The notes under the pieces: generated by a model
Told to the model about the DNA's origin: nothing
Seen by the model: only the letters and a program-made list of their open reading frames with translations
Database searches by the model: none
In this document: piece after piece, positions 47,525 to 56,768 of the stretch
Layout of the letters: every line of letters starts with the position of its first letter
Position numbering within the stretch: position 1 is the stretch's first letter
Assembly (NCBI GenBank): GCA_035255485.1
Contig: DATEZO010000094.1
Coordinates: forward strand, 2,401-66,400
DNA: 64,000 bases
Origin: Burkholderiaceae bacterium
Lineage (GTDB): Bacteria > Pseudomonadota > Gammaproteobacteria > Burkholderiales > Burkholderiaceae_D
Direction of reading: 5' to 3'
Program-made: the position numbers and the translations under genes

Positions 47525-48319
47525 TCACTCTACCGCAGCCGTTTCCGGCTGCGGCGCGGCTACCGGCGCCGGCTCGCCCGCGCCGAGTTCGCGGGCGAAA
47601 TATTGTTCCAGCTCCGCCATGAAAATGGAACTGTTGCCGGGCGGGTCGAAGCGTTTGCCGAGCCGGATGCGGTAGGTCATCGGCAGGCGCGGCCTTTTGT
47701 AGACCGGCCATCCCTTGGCCAGAAAGCGCGAGTCGGTTTCAATGATCACGGTTTGCACCGGCACCCTGGCGCGGTGCGCAATCGCGCCAATGCTGCCGGT
47801 CAGTACCCCGATCGGCGGCCTGGTGGTGCGCGTGCCTTCCGGGAACAACAGCAGCTGGCTGCCGTGCTGCACCTCCTTCACCGCCAGCATGATCATTCTG
47901 CGCAGCGAATCGTTGCGAATGTAGCGTGCCAGCCGCGCGCCCGCGCCAAGAAACAGATTGTTGATGATTTGCGCTTTCATGATGCAGGCAACATTCGGCA
48001 GCCGCGAGACGATCATCACCACATCCCACAAGGACGGATGATTGGGGGCGATGATCAACGATTCCTCGGCGCGCAATGCATCGAGCGTATCGATATCGAA
48101 GTGGAAACGCCCCGACAGTCTCAGGCTGGCCAGGAACAGATGAAATCCTCCCATGATGCCGAGGCGGCCGATGCGCTGGCCGACTGCGCGCGGCAGTACC
48201 GGGTACAGGATTACGGCGAATGCGGACCAGGTCAGGCAAATCAGGCCGAACCATAGCAAGCCGATATAAAACACCGCACAATCATAGGCCGTAAGCAGGA
48301 TGCGCATACAGGATTTCAT
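47525..48319 (-). CDS. PlsC-type (lysophospholipid) acyltransferase
   Basis: NHPSLWD (HX4D) and FPEGTRT motifs, N-terminal TM. ATG at 48317-48319. The 92 upstream ORF codons look non-coding. Confidence 0.8.
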   Translation of the reverse strand: MKSCMRILLTAYDCAVFYIGLLWFGLICLTWSAFAVILYPVLPRAVGQRIGRLGIMGGFHLFLASLRLSGRFHFDIDTLDALRAEESLIIAPNHPSLWDVVMIVSRLPNVACIMKAQIINNLFLGAGARLARYIRNDSLRRMIMLAVKEVQHGSQLLLFPEGTRTTRPPIGVLTGSIGAIAHRARVPVQTVIIETDSRFLAKGWPVYKRPRLPMTYRIRLGKRFDPPGNSSIFMAELEQYFARELGAGEPAPVAAPQPETAAVE

Positions 48320-48706
48320 GGTGGGATGACAGGTCGCTTCCAGTGCGAAAAAAACATGTAATGCAGAGAGGAGGTCAGATGCGCCGGCGCCAGCCGCATG
48401 GCTCGGACAGTGCAAACAGTCGAAATGACATGATAAATGAAGTGGCGCGGGATGACGCCATTTTGCCTCTGTCAGGGATGAAAAAGCCGCCCATCCGTGC
48501 GGTTTGCACAACCTGCGCGATGCGCTTGCATGTGCACTTGGCAAGGAGCGGGTGCAAATCCGTGCACGGCTCCGGGCTCCGGCTTCCGCCGGCATGACGA
48601 CGCTCTTGGCAAACGTTTACTATTATTTGTCCATGAAGCGTCGCCATAACAGAATGACCAGTTTTACTGAAATGCGTAATCTCCTTGTCTTCATCCTGGC
48701 AGGCTG

Positions 48707-49777
48707 TTACCCACCGATTGCAAATTCAAACGGATGGCCGGCGGTTCCTTCGATTTCCATCAGCAGATCCTGGCGGCAGATGTCTGCCTTCAGAAACATC
48801 AGGCGCGCCGATGTGCCGAGCAACCGGCGCAATTCGGCGTGAACCGCCGCCGCATCCTTCGCATGCCGCACATAGACCTTGTAGCAGAAATCGGCCAGTG
48901 AAAAGTCTGCCCGTGGAAACATCCGGTTCGCCTCTTCAATCATGGCCGAGATGTTGACAACCGTTTCGCGCGTCTGCGCCACCACATCGCCTGCATGCAG
49001 CGTGTGATGCCCGACAATGCTTGCGGTACCGGACAGAAACAGGACATCGCTCTGGCCCAGGCGCGCCAGGCTGGCCCTGGAAAAAGTCGGGCTGCGCGGG
49101 CCGTAGTCCTGCGGATAGCGATAGGCGCTGACCTGGCGCGGGTTTTCAATCGCCACCGGCGGCGCGCCGCGGCCAGCCAGGAAACAGATGGTTAACGGCC
49201 CCGTCGCAAATCCGACCGCCGATGCGGCCGGTGCGCTTTCCATCACCTTGCGTCCGCAACCGAGAAAGCCATCCTGCCGTCCCGTGTTGAATTGCTGGTA
49301 GCGCTCCATGCCGTGACTGTGCCCATTGATGTCGGCAATGTAATTCCAGAAGCGCAGGATATGCGGAAAAGCCAGTGCATCGGTCAGTGCGAAAATTTCC
49401 CGATACGCGCGTTCGGCCGCCTGCTGCAATGGCAGCTTGCCGGATTCCTGCGCAGCGCCGACACTTTCCTCGATCTGGATTACGCCAAACAGGATGTCCT
49501 GGTTATGGCCGTAACGCACCGCGTTGCGCGCTCCATAGCAAAAAGCGCCATTGCCGCCCCATACTTCGCACGCAGTCCCGGCGGTGCCGCCCGCATCGAG
49601 CACCGGCATCGGCACTTGCGCGAACGGCGCATCGGCCGCCGTGGCGCCGTATGCGACGGGTAATTGCGAAAAGCATATGGCGCCGAAGTTTGCGCCTGTC
49701 CGAAGGGGCGCACCGTTCTCGAATTTGCCAAAAGGCAAATAGGCGCATCGCAGATCCGATGCAGGAGAATTGATCAA
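48707..49777 (-). CDS. FkbO/Hyg5/XanB2-family chorismatase (hydroxybenzoate synthase)
   Basis: LRFWNYIADIN...ERYQQFNTGR, ENPRQVSAYRYPQDYGPRSPTFSRA and LSGTASIVGHHTLH are signature stretches of XanB2-type chorismatases as I recall them. Confidence 0.8.
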   Translation of the reverse strand: MINSPASDLRCAYLPFGKFENGAPLRTGANFGAICFSQLPVAYGATAADAPFAQVPMPVLDAGGTAGTACEVWGGNGAFCYGARNAVRYGHNQDILFGVIQIEESVGAAQESGKLPLQQAAERAYREIFALTDALAFPHILRFWNYIADINGHSHGMERYQQFNTGRQDGFLGCGRKVMESAPAASAVGFATGPLTICFLAGRGAPPVAIENPRQVSAYRYPQDYGPRSPTFSRASLARLGQSDVLFLSGTASIVGHHTLHAGDVVAQTRETVVNISAMIEEANRMFPRADFSLADFCYKVYVRHAKDAAAVHAELRRLLGTSARLMFLKADICRQDLLMEIEGTAGHPFEFAIGG

Positions 49778-50190
49778 TTTGTCATCCCGTTAGCGAGGCC
49801 AGCAACGGATAGCATTTTTTAGGCGGCGCATCATTCTCGCGTGCTTCACGAGGGCTTCAGGCCCGGCCCACAGATACTATCGCAGATGACCCTGTGGTTT
49901 TGCATGGGCCGAGACTTTACCATTAATTTCCCGTTCATGTAGGCGCCACGCCAGCCGCACATCCGCGCTGCGGAAAACGGCTTTCCGGCTGATGGAATCG
50001 GGGTGTGTCCTGGCTTGAAAGAATGGCATACAATCGCCTGAATCATTACCTGCTCCACGCAATACGACAAGCTGCAGCGAGTACGCCAGCACCTTCATCA
50101 TTACTGCCTTCGCGGAAATGACAAGGGTATTTTGAGCGGTCTTGATTTCGAAAAACCTCAATAACCAGCAACCAACCAGTGGAATTGACC

Positions 50191-50499
50191 ATGAAAAGAA
50201 TATGCATGATTGCAGGCATCCTGATATTCGCCAGTGCGTGCACCAAGGCTATCATCGTCAGCCCCGAAGCGAAGAATGTCAGGGTGGTCAGCGCGGCGCA
50301 AAAAAAGCGTTGCGATTTCGTGCGCACCATTTCCGCACGCCAGCCGATCGGGCCGGATAAAAAAGGCGACGCATTGAAGATGGCGCTGAACGAGGCCGCA
50401 GCTGCCGGGGCGAATGCGTTTTATGTGATTTCCACGACCGATGAAGGCGGGATCAAAGGCACAGTGCTGCTCGGAGAAGCGCTACGCTGCAAGTGGTGA
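50191..50499 (+). CDS. DUF4156-family lipoprotein
   Basis: Lipobox LIFASAC. Pattern VRVV..C.F....AA.AGANA.YV....GEALRC. Confidence 0.7.
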   Translation: MKRICMIAGILIFASACTKAIIVSPEAKNVRVVSAAQKKRCDFVRTISARQPIGPDKKGDALKMALNEAAAAGANAFYVISTTDEGGIKGTVLLGEALRCKW

Positions 50500-50510
50500 G
50501 CCGCTGGCTG

Positions 50511-51365
50511 TCATTCCGGAAAATCCACCATCGTCGATGATTCGCTGAATATCCGGATCAGTGCCACGCCGGCAGATACGGCGCCGCGCTTTCTCACCAG
50601 AGGGCTATCGTCGAATACGGCGCCAGCCACCGTATCGCCGCGCACGAAACCGCCGATCCAGTAATGCGGGAAGCGCCTGGAAATAGTCAGGGTGATTTGC
50701 GCGCCGGCGTACCCTCCGGATGCGGAATAGGCGGGGCGTGTCGCGGTCGCTTCCGACGGTGCGACCGAATAGAAATGGGCGTTGTATGCGCGATTGCTGA
50801 ACAGCGCTCCTGCAACCAGGCCCATATTCCAGCCCGGCGCTCTGCCCACGTCGCGCAGGTCGAGGTTGAGGTTGGGCGAAAATAGCCAGCCGATCTGTTT
50901 CGGCGATGATTGTGCCGTGATGCTGGTGCGGACCGGCGCGCGAAAATCCAGCGCCATCTTTTCGCTGGGCGAGCGCCACAGATGGACATTCAGGGTGGGC
51001 CCGACTTCGAAGGTGGGCTTGAGGTCCGCCATGCCGCGCCGCGCTGTATTGCTTCTGCTTTTTACCGGCGGCGTGCCGTTGATGCTCAGGCTGGCTTCCA
51101 GCCGGTCATTTTCAAACAGGGTGCTGCGCACGCCATTGCGGTCCGCCTTGATGAACTCGCCGCGATACACCACATACGGTATCGGCAGCAGATAGGTATC
51201 CGCTTCGTCCGATCCGCGGTAATCGGGCAAATTGACCGCGGCGAGCCCGGCGCCGATTTCCCAGAGCGGCAGCGGCTTCGCATGGCTGGCCGATGCGGGC
51301 AGCAGGCCGCTGATGCAAAACGTGAAGGATGCGATTATCCGTGCCTGGGTAAATTGGGTCGCCAT
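50511..51365 (-). CDS. MipA/OmpV-family outer-membrane scaffolding protein
   Basis: Signal peptide. LWEIGAGLAAVNLPDYRGSDE..LLPIPYVVYRGEF is a MipA signature. Confidence 0.8.
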   Translation of the reverse strand: MATQFTQARIIASFTFCISGLLPASASHAKPLPLWEIGAGLAAVNLPDYRGSDEADTYLLPIPYVVYRGEFIKADRNGVRSTLFENDRLEASLSINGTPPVKSRSNTARRGMADLKPTFEVGPTLNVHLWRSPSEKMALDFRAPVRTSITAQSSPKQIGWLFSPNLNLDLRDVGRAPGWNMGLVAGALFSNRAYNAHFYSVAPSEATATRPAYSASGGYAGAQITLTISRRFPHYWIGGFVRGDTVAGAVFDDSPLVRKRGAVSAGVALIRIFSESSTMVDFPE

Positions 51366-51649
51366 GGTCGATGTGTCATGCGGTACTGTTCGTATTTTTA
51401 ACGCAAAAATAGGGAAGCCGTGCAGTGAAATGTCAAGGCCGGGCTTTACGGGGCGTTTTTTTGGAGGGTGAACAGGCCCGTGTATGGCAGGAAATGCACA
51501 TCGAAATCACGCGCACGTGCCGGGTATGGATGTGCGCCTGTAACCATCCTGCATTTGCGAAGATTCAATTAACCGCTGGCAATGACTGGCAGTAGACCTT
51601 CGACGCGCATAGAATTGCAGCTTCCGGCCAACTCATCCCAAGGGCGATT

Positions 51650-52036
51650 ATGCGTATTCTTCACACCATGCTGCGCGTCGGCGATTTGCAGCGCGCGATT
51701 AATTTCTACACCAAGGTGCTGGGCATGCGCCTGCTGCGCACCACCGACCGGCCCGAGCAGAAATATACGCTGGCTTTTGTCGGCTACGGCAGCAATCCCG
51801 ATCATGCGGAAATTGAATTGACCTACAACTATGGCGTCGCGCAGTACGATATGGGTACGGCTTATGGTCATATTGCGATCGGTGTGGAAAATGCACGGCA
51901 AACCTGCGCTGCAGTAAAGGCGCAAGGCGGTACGGTGACGCGCGAAGCCGGGCCGGTGCAAGGTGGCGACACCATTATCGCCTTCGTGTGCGATCCGGAC
52001 GGTTACAAGATCGAACTTATCGAGCGGGGAAGCTAG
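51650..52036 (+). CDS. gloA: Lactoylglutathione lyase (glyoxalase I)
   Basis: [26 protein letters not shown]...ELTYNYG...GHIAIGV. Confidence 0.95.
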   Translation: MRILHTMLRVGDLQRAINFYTKVLGMRLLRTTDRPEQKYTLAFVGYGSNPDHAEIELTYNYGVAQYDMGTAYGHIAIGVENARQTCAAVKAQGGTVTREAGPVQGGDTIIAFVCDPDGYKIELIERGS

Positions 52037-52928
52037 GCAGCATTTCAGGAGCATGCTCGCGCAGCGCTTTTTTCGCCGCATCGAATTCCGGAAACACCGA
52101 TTGCACCGTCGCCCAGAAGCGCGGGCTGTGATTCATCTCGCGCAGGTGCGCGAGTTCGTGCGCGACCACATAATCAATCAGCGGCAGCGCAAAATGAACC
52201 AGCCGCCAGTTCAGCCGGATTTTCCCTTCCGCGGTGCAGGAACCCCATTGCGTCGTGGCGGAGGATAGCGCGAATGAGCGGTAGCGGACATTCAGTTTTT
52301 CGGCATACATCGGCAGGCGCTCCGCAAAAATGCGCTTGGCTTCGAGTTGCAGCCATCCCTGCACGCGGTCCTTCAATTGCTGTTCCCCGGCTTCGGCCGG
52401 CAGGCAGACCTGCAGTTCACGCGTCGCGTCGGAATAGATAATGCCGGCGGATTGCCGGGTCGCGATGCGTAGCGTGATATCGGCGCCCAAATAAGGCAGC
52501 GTGCCGCCATCGCACCATTGCATCTGCGGTTGCAGGCGACGTGCGGAACGTTCGCGGCGTTCCTTGAGCTTGACGAAAATCCAGCGCTGCTTCTCATGAA
52601 TGGCATTTTCGATTTCGGCAACCGTTACCCATTTCGGTGCGGTGATGCGCAGTCCGTCATCGTCGATCAGAAACCCGATGGAACGTCGTTTCGATCGCAG
52701 CAGCGTATAGTCAAGGGCATGACCATCGAGATGGATGCGGCGCTTGCCGTGCGGCAGGGCAGGCGGGCGATCCGCGCCGGGCAGGACAGGCTGCGGCAGG
52801 GCCATGCCGGGTGAATGGTCCGGCGCGGGATGATCCACATGCGGCCGGGATGGCGGATTCGGAGAAAAAAAGTCGAGCTGCAGCGCGAGCTGTTGCGGAT
52901 CCGGCGATGTCTGGCGAAGCAGTTTCAA
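52017..52928 (-). CDS. YgjP-like M48-family zinc metallohydrolase (DUF45)
   Basis: C-terminal [19 protein letters not shown] (HExxH). 3' end overlaps the gloA 3' end by 20 nt. Confidence 0.8.
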   Translation of the reverse strand: MKLLRQTSPDPQQLALQLDFFSPNPPSRPHVDHPAPDHSPGMALPQPVLPGADRPPALPHGKRRIHLDGHALDYTLLRSKRRSIGFLIDDDGLRITAPKWVTVAEIENAIHEKQRWIFVKLKERRERSARRLQPQMQWCDGGTLPYLGADITLRIATRQSAGIIYSDATRELQVCLPAEAGEQQLKDRVQGWLQLEAKRIFAERLPMYAEKLNVRYRSFALSSATTQWGSCTAEGKIRLNWRLVHFALPLIDYVVAHELAHLREMNHSPRFWATVQSVFPEFDAAKKALREHAPEMLPSFPAR

Positions 52929-53051
52929 GGGTTATTTGCTGATTGAATCTGTGGGGAGCGAAACTCGCTGTGCTTGCAATGGTGTTGGTTCATTCTGTCT
53001 TCTGTCTATCATGTCGTGGGTAGAGTAATCCGGCATCTCCTCTCCCTCAAT

Positions 53052-53111
53052 CCCTCTCCACGCGTGGAGAGGGAAGCTGTCTGCCCCCTTCTCCCGCAGG
53101 TGGGAGAAGGG
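53052..53111. repeat. Two tandem REP-type palindromes (CCCTCTCCA-cgcg-TGGAGAGGG and CCCTTCTCCC-gcaggt-GGGAGAAGGG)
   Basis: Same CCCTCTCC/GGAGAGGG module as in the 45.3 kb copies. Followed (53141-53203) by a direct repeat of AAACCCTGTCCCGC flanking a CTGTCCC/GGGACAG hairpin. Confidence 0.7.
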
Positions 53112-53187
53112 ATGGGGATGAGGATGAGGGAATGCCTTATAAACCCTGTCCCGCGCTTTGATCGGTTGGGGACAGAGTACCGCTGCG

Positions 53188-53940
53188 CTAAACCCTGTCC
53201 CGCAATTCTGAATAAATATGCGGGGAAATCACCCGCATTTCAGATTCGATCCAATCTTCAACCCGCTGCATCAACTCGATTGCATTCAATCCTTCCGGCG
53301 ATATCGGCCTGCCGATCGATACCGTGATGGTACCCGGTTTTTTGATGAACGAATTTTTTGGCCAGCATTCGCCCGAGTTCATCGCAATCGGCACCACTGG
53401 CGTATTGGTTTCGATTGCAAGGCGCGTGCCGCCACCCTTGTACTTGCCTTTTTTGCCGACCGGCATGCGGGTCCCTTCCGGAAACATGATGATCCATTGG
53501 CCATCTGCCAGGCGCCGCCTGCCTTGTGCCACGACTTGGGCGAAGGCATCCTTGCCCTTGCTGCGGTCGATCGGGATCATGCGCATGAGCGCGATGGCCC
53601 AGCCGAAAAACGGGATGTACTGCAATTCTTTCTTGAACACGTACACCAGCGGGCGCGGCATGAAGTATAGGTAGAAAATCGTCTCCCACGCCGACTGGTG
53701 CTTGGACAGCAGGATCACCGGTGCATCCGGCAGGTTCTCGTAGCCTTTCACCTGGTAGCGGATGCCGCATACTGCCCGTGCCGCCCACATCACGAACATG
53801 TTCCAGCGCGAGGTCATGTAATAGCGCTGGTTATACGGCAGCGGTGCGAACAGGAAGCACAGCGGCGACCAGATGATGGTCGCGATGATCACCAGCAGCA
53901 GGAACAGCAGCGAGCGCAGAAACAAAGTGATGCGTAACAT
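53188..53940 (-). CDS. plsC: 1-acyl-sn-glycerol-3-phosphate acyltransferase
   Basis: SKHQSAWE (HX4-type block) and MFPEGTR motifs, N-terminal TM. Confidence 0.9.
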   Translation of the reverse strand: MLRITLFLRSLLFLLLVIIATIIWSPLCFLFAPLPYNQRYYMTSRWNMFVMWAARAVCGIRYQVKGYENLPDAPVILLSKHQSAWETIFYLYFMPRPLVYVFKKELQYIPFFGWAIALMRMIPIDRSKGKDAFAQVVAQGRRRLADGQWIIMFPEGTRMPVGKKGKYKGGGTRLAIETNTPVVPIAMNSGECWPKNSFIKKPGTITVSIGRPISPEGLNAIELMQRVEDWIESEMRVISPHIYSELRDRV

Positions 53941-53988
53941 CTAATCTCCAGAGTGGGTGGCGAGAGAATGCGAAATCTGTCGCCGGCG

Positions 53989-54549
53989 CTAATCCGTCGC
54001 AGATGCCCCGGTGGGTATTTTCAACAAATGATCCGCTACTGCTGCCAGGTTCGGATAGATTGCGGTGCCTGGCGGAAGGCCGCCTTTTTCGCGCGTTCTT
54101 TCGCCTTTGCCTGTCAATACGAGATAGGGTGCGCATCCGGCCAGAAAGCCGGCCTGCAGATCGCGCAGGGAATCGCCGACGGCCGGCACGCCTTTCAGGC
54201 TAAGGTCGAACCGTTTGGCAATCGCCTGCAGCATGCCGGGTTTCGGCTTGCGGCAGTCGCAATTGTCATCGGCTGCATGCGGACAAAAGAAAACTGCCTC
54301 GATATCGGCGCCGGCCGCTTGTGCGGTGGTATGCATTTTCTGGTGGATCGCATTCAGGGTCAGTATGTTGAACAGGCCGCGTGCGATGCCGGACTGATTG
54401 GTTGAGACCACGACCTTGTAGCCGGCCTGGTTCAGGCGCGCGATCGCCTCCAGTGAACCGGGAATCGGAATCCATTCATCCGGCGACTTGATGAATTTGT
54501 CTGAATCGTGATTGATGACGCCATCGCGATCGAGAATGATCAGTTTCAT
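53989..54549 (-). CDS. gmhB: D-glycero-beta-D-manno-heptose-1,7-bisphosphate 7-phosphatase
   Basis: MKLIILDRDGVIN, TNQSGIARG, CPH..DD.C.CRKPKPGM (Zn site), VGDSLRD. Confidence 0.9.
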   Translation of the reverse strand: MKLIILDRDGVINHDSDKFIKSPDEWIPIPGSLEAIARLNQAGYKVVVSTNQSGIARGLFNILTLNAIHQKMHTTAQAAGADIEAVFFCPHAADDNCDCRKPKPGMLQAIAKRFDLSLKGVPAVGDSLRDLQAGFLAGCAPYLVLTGKGERTREKGGLPPGTAIYPNLAAVADHLLKIPTGASATD

Positions 54550-54586
54550 GATTAACTCCTGCAGAGATGGCCGGGAGCCACCCCCA

Positions 54587-56686
54587 TCACGAAGCCGCAA
54601 GTTTTGAAATATCTGCAACGCGGTTCAGCATGTCGTGCAGATTGGATAGCAGTGCAAGGCGGTTGCGACGCAACTGCGCATCTTCGCTCATTACCATGAC
54701 ATCCTTGAAAAAAGCATCGACATTATCCCGCAGATGCGCCAGCGTTTTCAGCGTGCCGGTGAAGTCACCGCGCGTGAACGACGCATCAACCTGCGGCTGC
54801 AGCAGCGTCATGGCAGAGTACAGGCCTTGCTCGGCCACTTCGCGCAGCAAGCCGTTTTGCACGGTACGGGTAACGCCTTCGGCTTTCTTCAGGATATTCG
54901 TGATGCGCTTGTTGGCAGCCGCCAGCGATTCGGCTTCCGGCAGGGCGGCGAAGGCCTGCACTGCATTCAGGCGCTCGATGATGTTGTCGAGCGTGTCGGG
55001 GTTTTGCGCAACCACGGCTTCGATTTCATTCTGCGCGAAACTCCGTTCGCGCAGCAGGCCGCGCAGGCGCTCGACCATGAAGGCGGCGACATCGGCGCTC
55101 GGGTCCTTGAAATTGGGATTGTCGGCAAATAGCTGGGCGGTATCGGCCAGCAGCGCCGACAGCGACAGTGGCAGGCGTTTTTCGATCAGCATGCGCAGCA
55201 CGCCAAGCGCATGGCGGCGCAGGGCGAATGGATCCTTGTCGCCACTCGGTGGCAGGCCGATGCCCCAGATGCCGACCAGCGTCTCCAGCTTGTCGGCCAG
55301 TGCCACGGCAGTGCCGGTTTGGGTTGCCGGCAAGGCGTCTCCGGCAAAGCGCGGCTGGTAATGTTCGGATGCGGCCAGTGCAACTTCCTCATGCTCGCCG
55401 TCGTGCCGCGCATAGTAAGTGCCCATGATGCCCTGCAGCTCCGGGAACTCGCCGACCATGTCGGTCAACAGATCGGCTTTCGCAAGCAAGGCGCCGCGTT
55501 CGGCCAGTGCGACGTCCGCTCCCAGCGCGTGCGCGATCTTGCCGGCCAGTCTTGTAATGCGCTCGGTGCGCTGCGCCTGTGTGCCGAGCTTGTTGTGGTA
55601 CACCACGTTCGCCAGTCCCGACAGGCGGTCCGCAAGCGTCTTTTTCTTGTCCTGTTCGAAAAAGAATTTTGCATCCGACAGTCGCGGCCGCACCACGCGC
55701 TCGTTGCCGCCGATGATGTGCTGCGGATCGCTGGTGTCGATATTCGACACGATCAGAAAGCGTGAACGCAGCCTGCCGTGCGTATCGGTCAATGCAAAAT
55801 ACTTTTGATTGGTCTGCATCGTCAGGATCAGGCACTCCTGCGGCACCGACAGGAATTCGGACTCGAAGCGGCATTCATACACTACCGGCCATTCAACCAG
55901 TGCGGCGACTTCATCGAGCAGCGCTTCCGGCATCAGGACCTGGTCGTCCTGCGCCTTGTCCAGCAGCGCCGCGCGGATTTTTTCCTTGCGCGCCGTTACG
56001 CCGGCAATCACCTTGCCCTGTACTTCGAGTGTGGATGCATAGCTGTCGGCGTGATCGATCGACAATTCGCCGTGCGACAGGAAGCGATGGCCGAGTGTGG
56101 CACGTCCTGCCGCCAGGCCGAGAATCGCCAGCGGAACCACGTCGCCGCCATGCAGTGCGAGCAGGCTGTGCACCGGGCGCACGAACTGTACGGTCGAACC
56201 GTCGGGGCGCTGGTAGCTCATCAGCTTCGGAATCGGCAATTTGGCGAGCGTGTCTTCCAGTGCCGCCTGCAAGCCTGCATGCAACGCCGAACCCGGTGCG
56301 GTGTAGGTGTAAAAAAAGCTTTCCGCCTTGCCGTCAACGGCGCGTTCCAGGTCGCCGACGCTGAGCGCCGGCGCGCCGATGGCGCTTGCCAGTGCGGCAA
56401 GTTTCTTTAACAGCGGTGCGCTCGGCTGCCCTTCCTTGTCAAGTGCAACCTGTACCGGCAATATTTTTTCGCGAATCGATTTGTCGGGCGACTGCGCGCG
56501 CACTGCGGTGATTGTCACCGCCAGGCGACGCGGTGTGGCAAAGGCGGTTGCCACTGCATCGGCTTCCAGGAAGTCGCGCGACTTCAGGCCATTCACGATA
56601 CCGGCGGCAAAGGCCTCGCCCAGCCTGGCCAGTGCCTTGGGCGGGAGTTCTTCGGTCAGAAGTTCAACTAACAGTGTCTGGTTCAT
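54587..56686 (-). CDS. glyS: Glycine--tRNA ligase beta subunit
   Basis: 699 aa. [19 protein letters not shown] is a canonical GlyS N-terminus. Confidence 0.95.
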   Translation of the reverse strand: MNQTLLVELLTEELPPKALARLGEAFAAGIVNGLKSRDFLEADAVATAFATPRRLAVTITAVRAQSPDKSIREKILPVQVALDKEGQPSAPLLKKLAALASAIGAPALSVGDLERAVDGKAESFFYTYTAPGSALHAGLQAALEDTLAKLPIPKLMSYQRPDGSTVQFVRPVHSLLALHGGDVVPLAILGLAAGRATLGHRFLSHGELSIDHADSYASTLEVQGKVIAGVTARKEKIRAALLDKAQDDQVLMPEALLDEVAALVEWPVVYECRFESEFLSVPQECLILTMQTNQKYFALTDTHGRLRSRFLIVSNIDTSDPQHIIGGNERVVRPRLSDAKFFFEQDKKKTLADRLSGLANVVYHNKLGTQAQRTERITRLAGKIAHALGADVALAERGALLAKADLLTDMVGEFPELQGIMGTYYARHDGEHEEVALAASEHYQPRFAGDALPATQTGTAVALADKLETLVGIWGIGLPPSGDKDPFALRRHALGVLRMLIEKRLPLSLSALLADTAQLFADNPNFKDPSADVAAFMVERLRGLLRERSFAQNEIEAVVAQNPDTLDNIIERLNAVQAFAALPEAESLAAANKRITNILKKAEGVTRTVQNGLLREVAEQGLYSAMTLLQPQVDASFTRGDFTGTLKTLAHLRDNVDAFFKDVMVMSEDAQLRRNRLALLSNLHDMLNRVADISKLAAS

Positions 56687-56700
56687 TTTCTTTTGCTGTC

Positions 56701-56762
56701 ATTCCCGCAAAGGCGGGAATCCAGTGGCTTTAACAAAATGGGATTCCCGCCTTCGCGGGAAT
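56701..56762. repeat. Inverted pair of REP units (ATTCCCGC-aaag-GCGGGAAT and ATTCCCGC-cttc-GCGGGAAT)
   Basis: Each unit is a hairpin. The units are mutual reverse complements (22/23). They occupy the 82-nt glyQ-glyS spacer. Translates as the familiar ..IPAKAGIQ.. artefact in ORF 56512-56733. Confidence 0.8.
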
Positions 56763-56768
56763 GATGGG

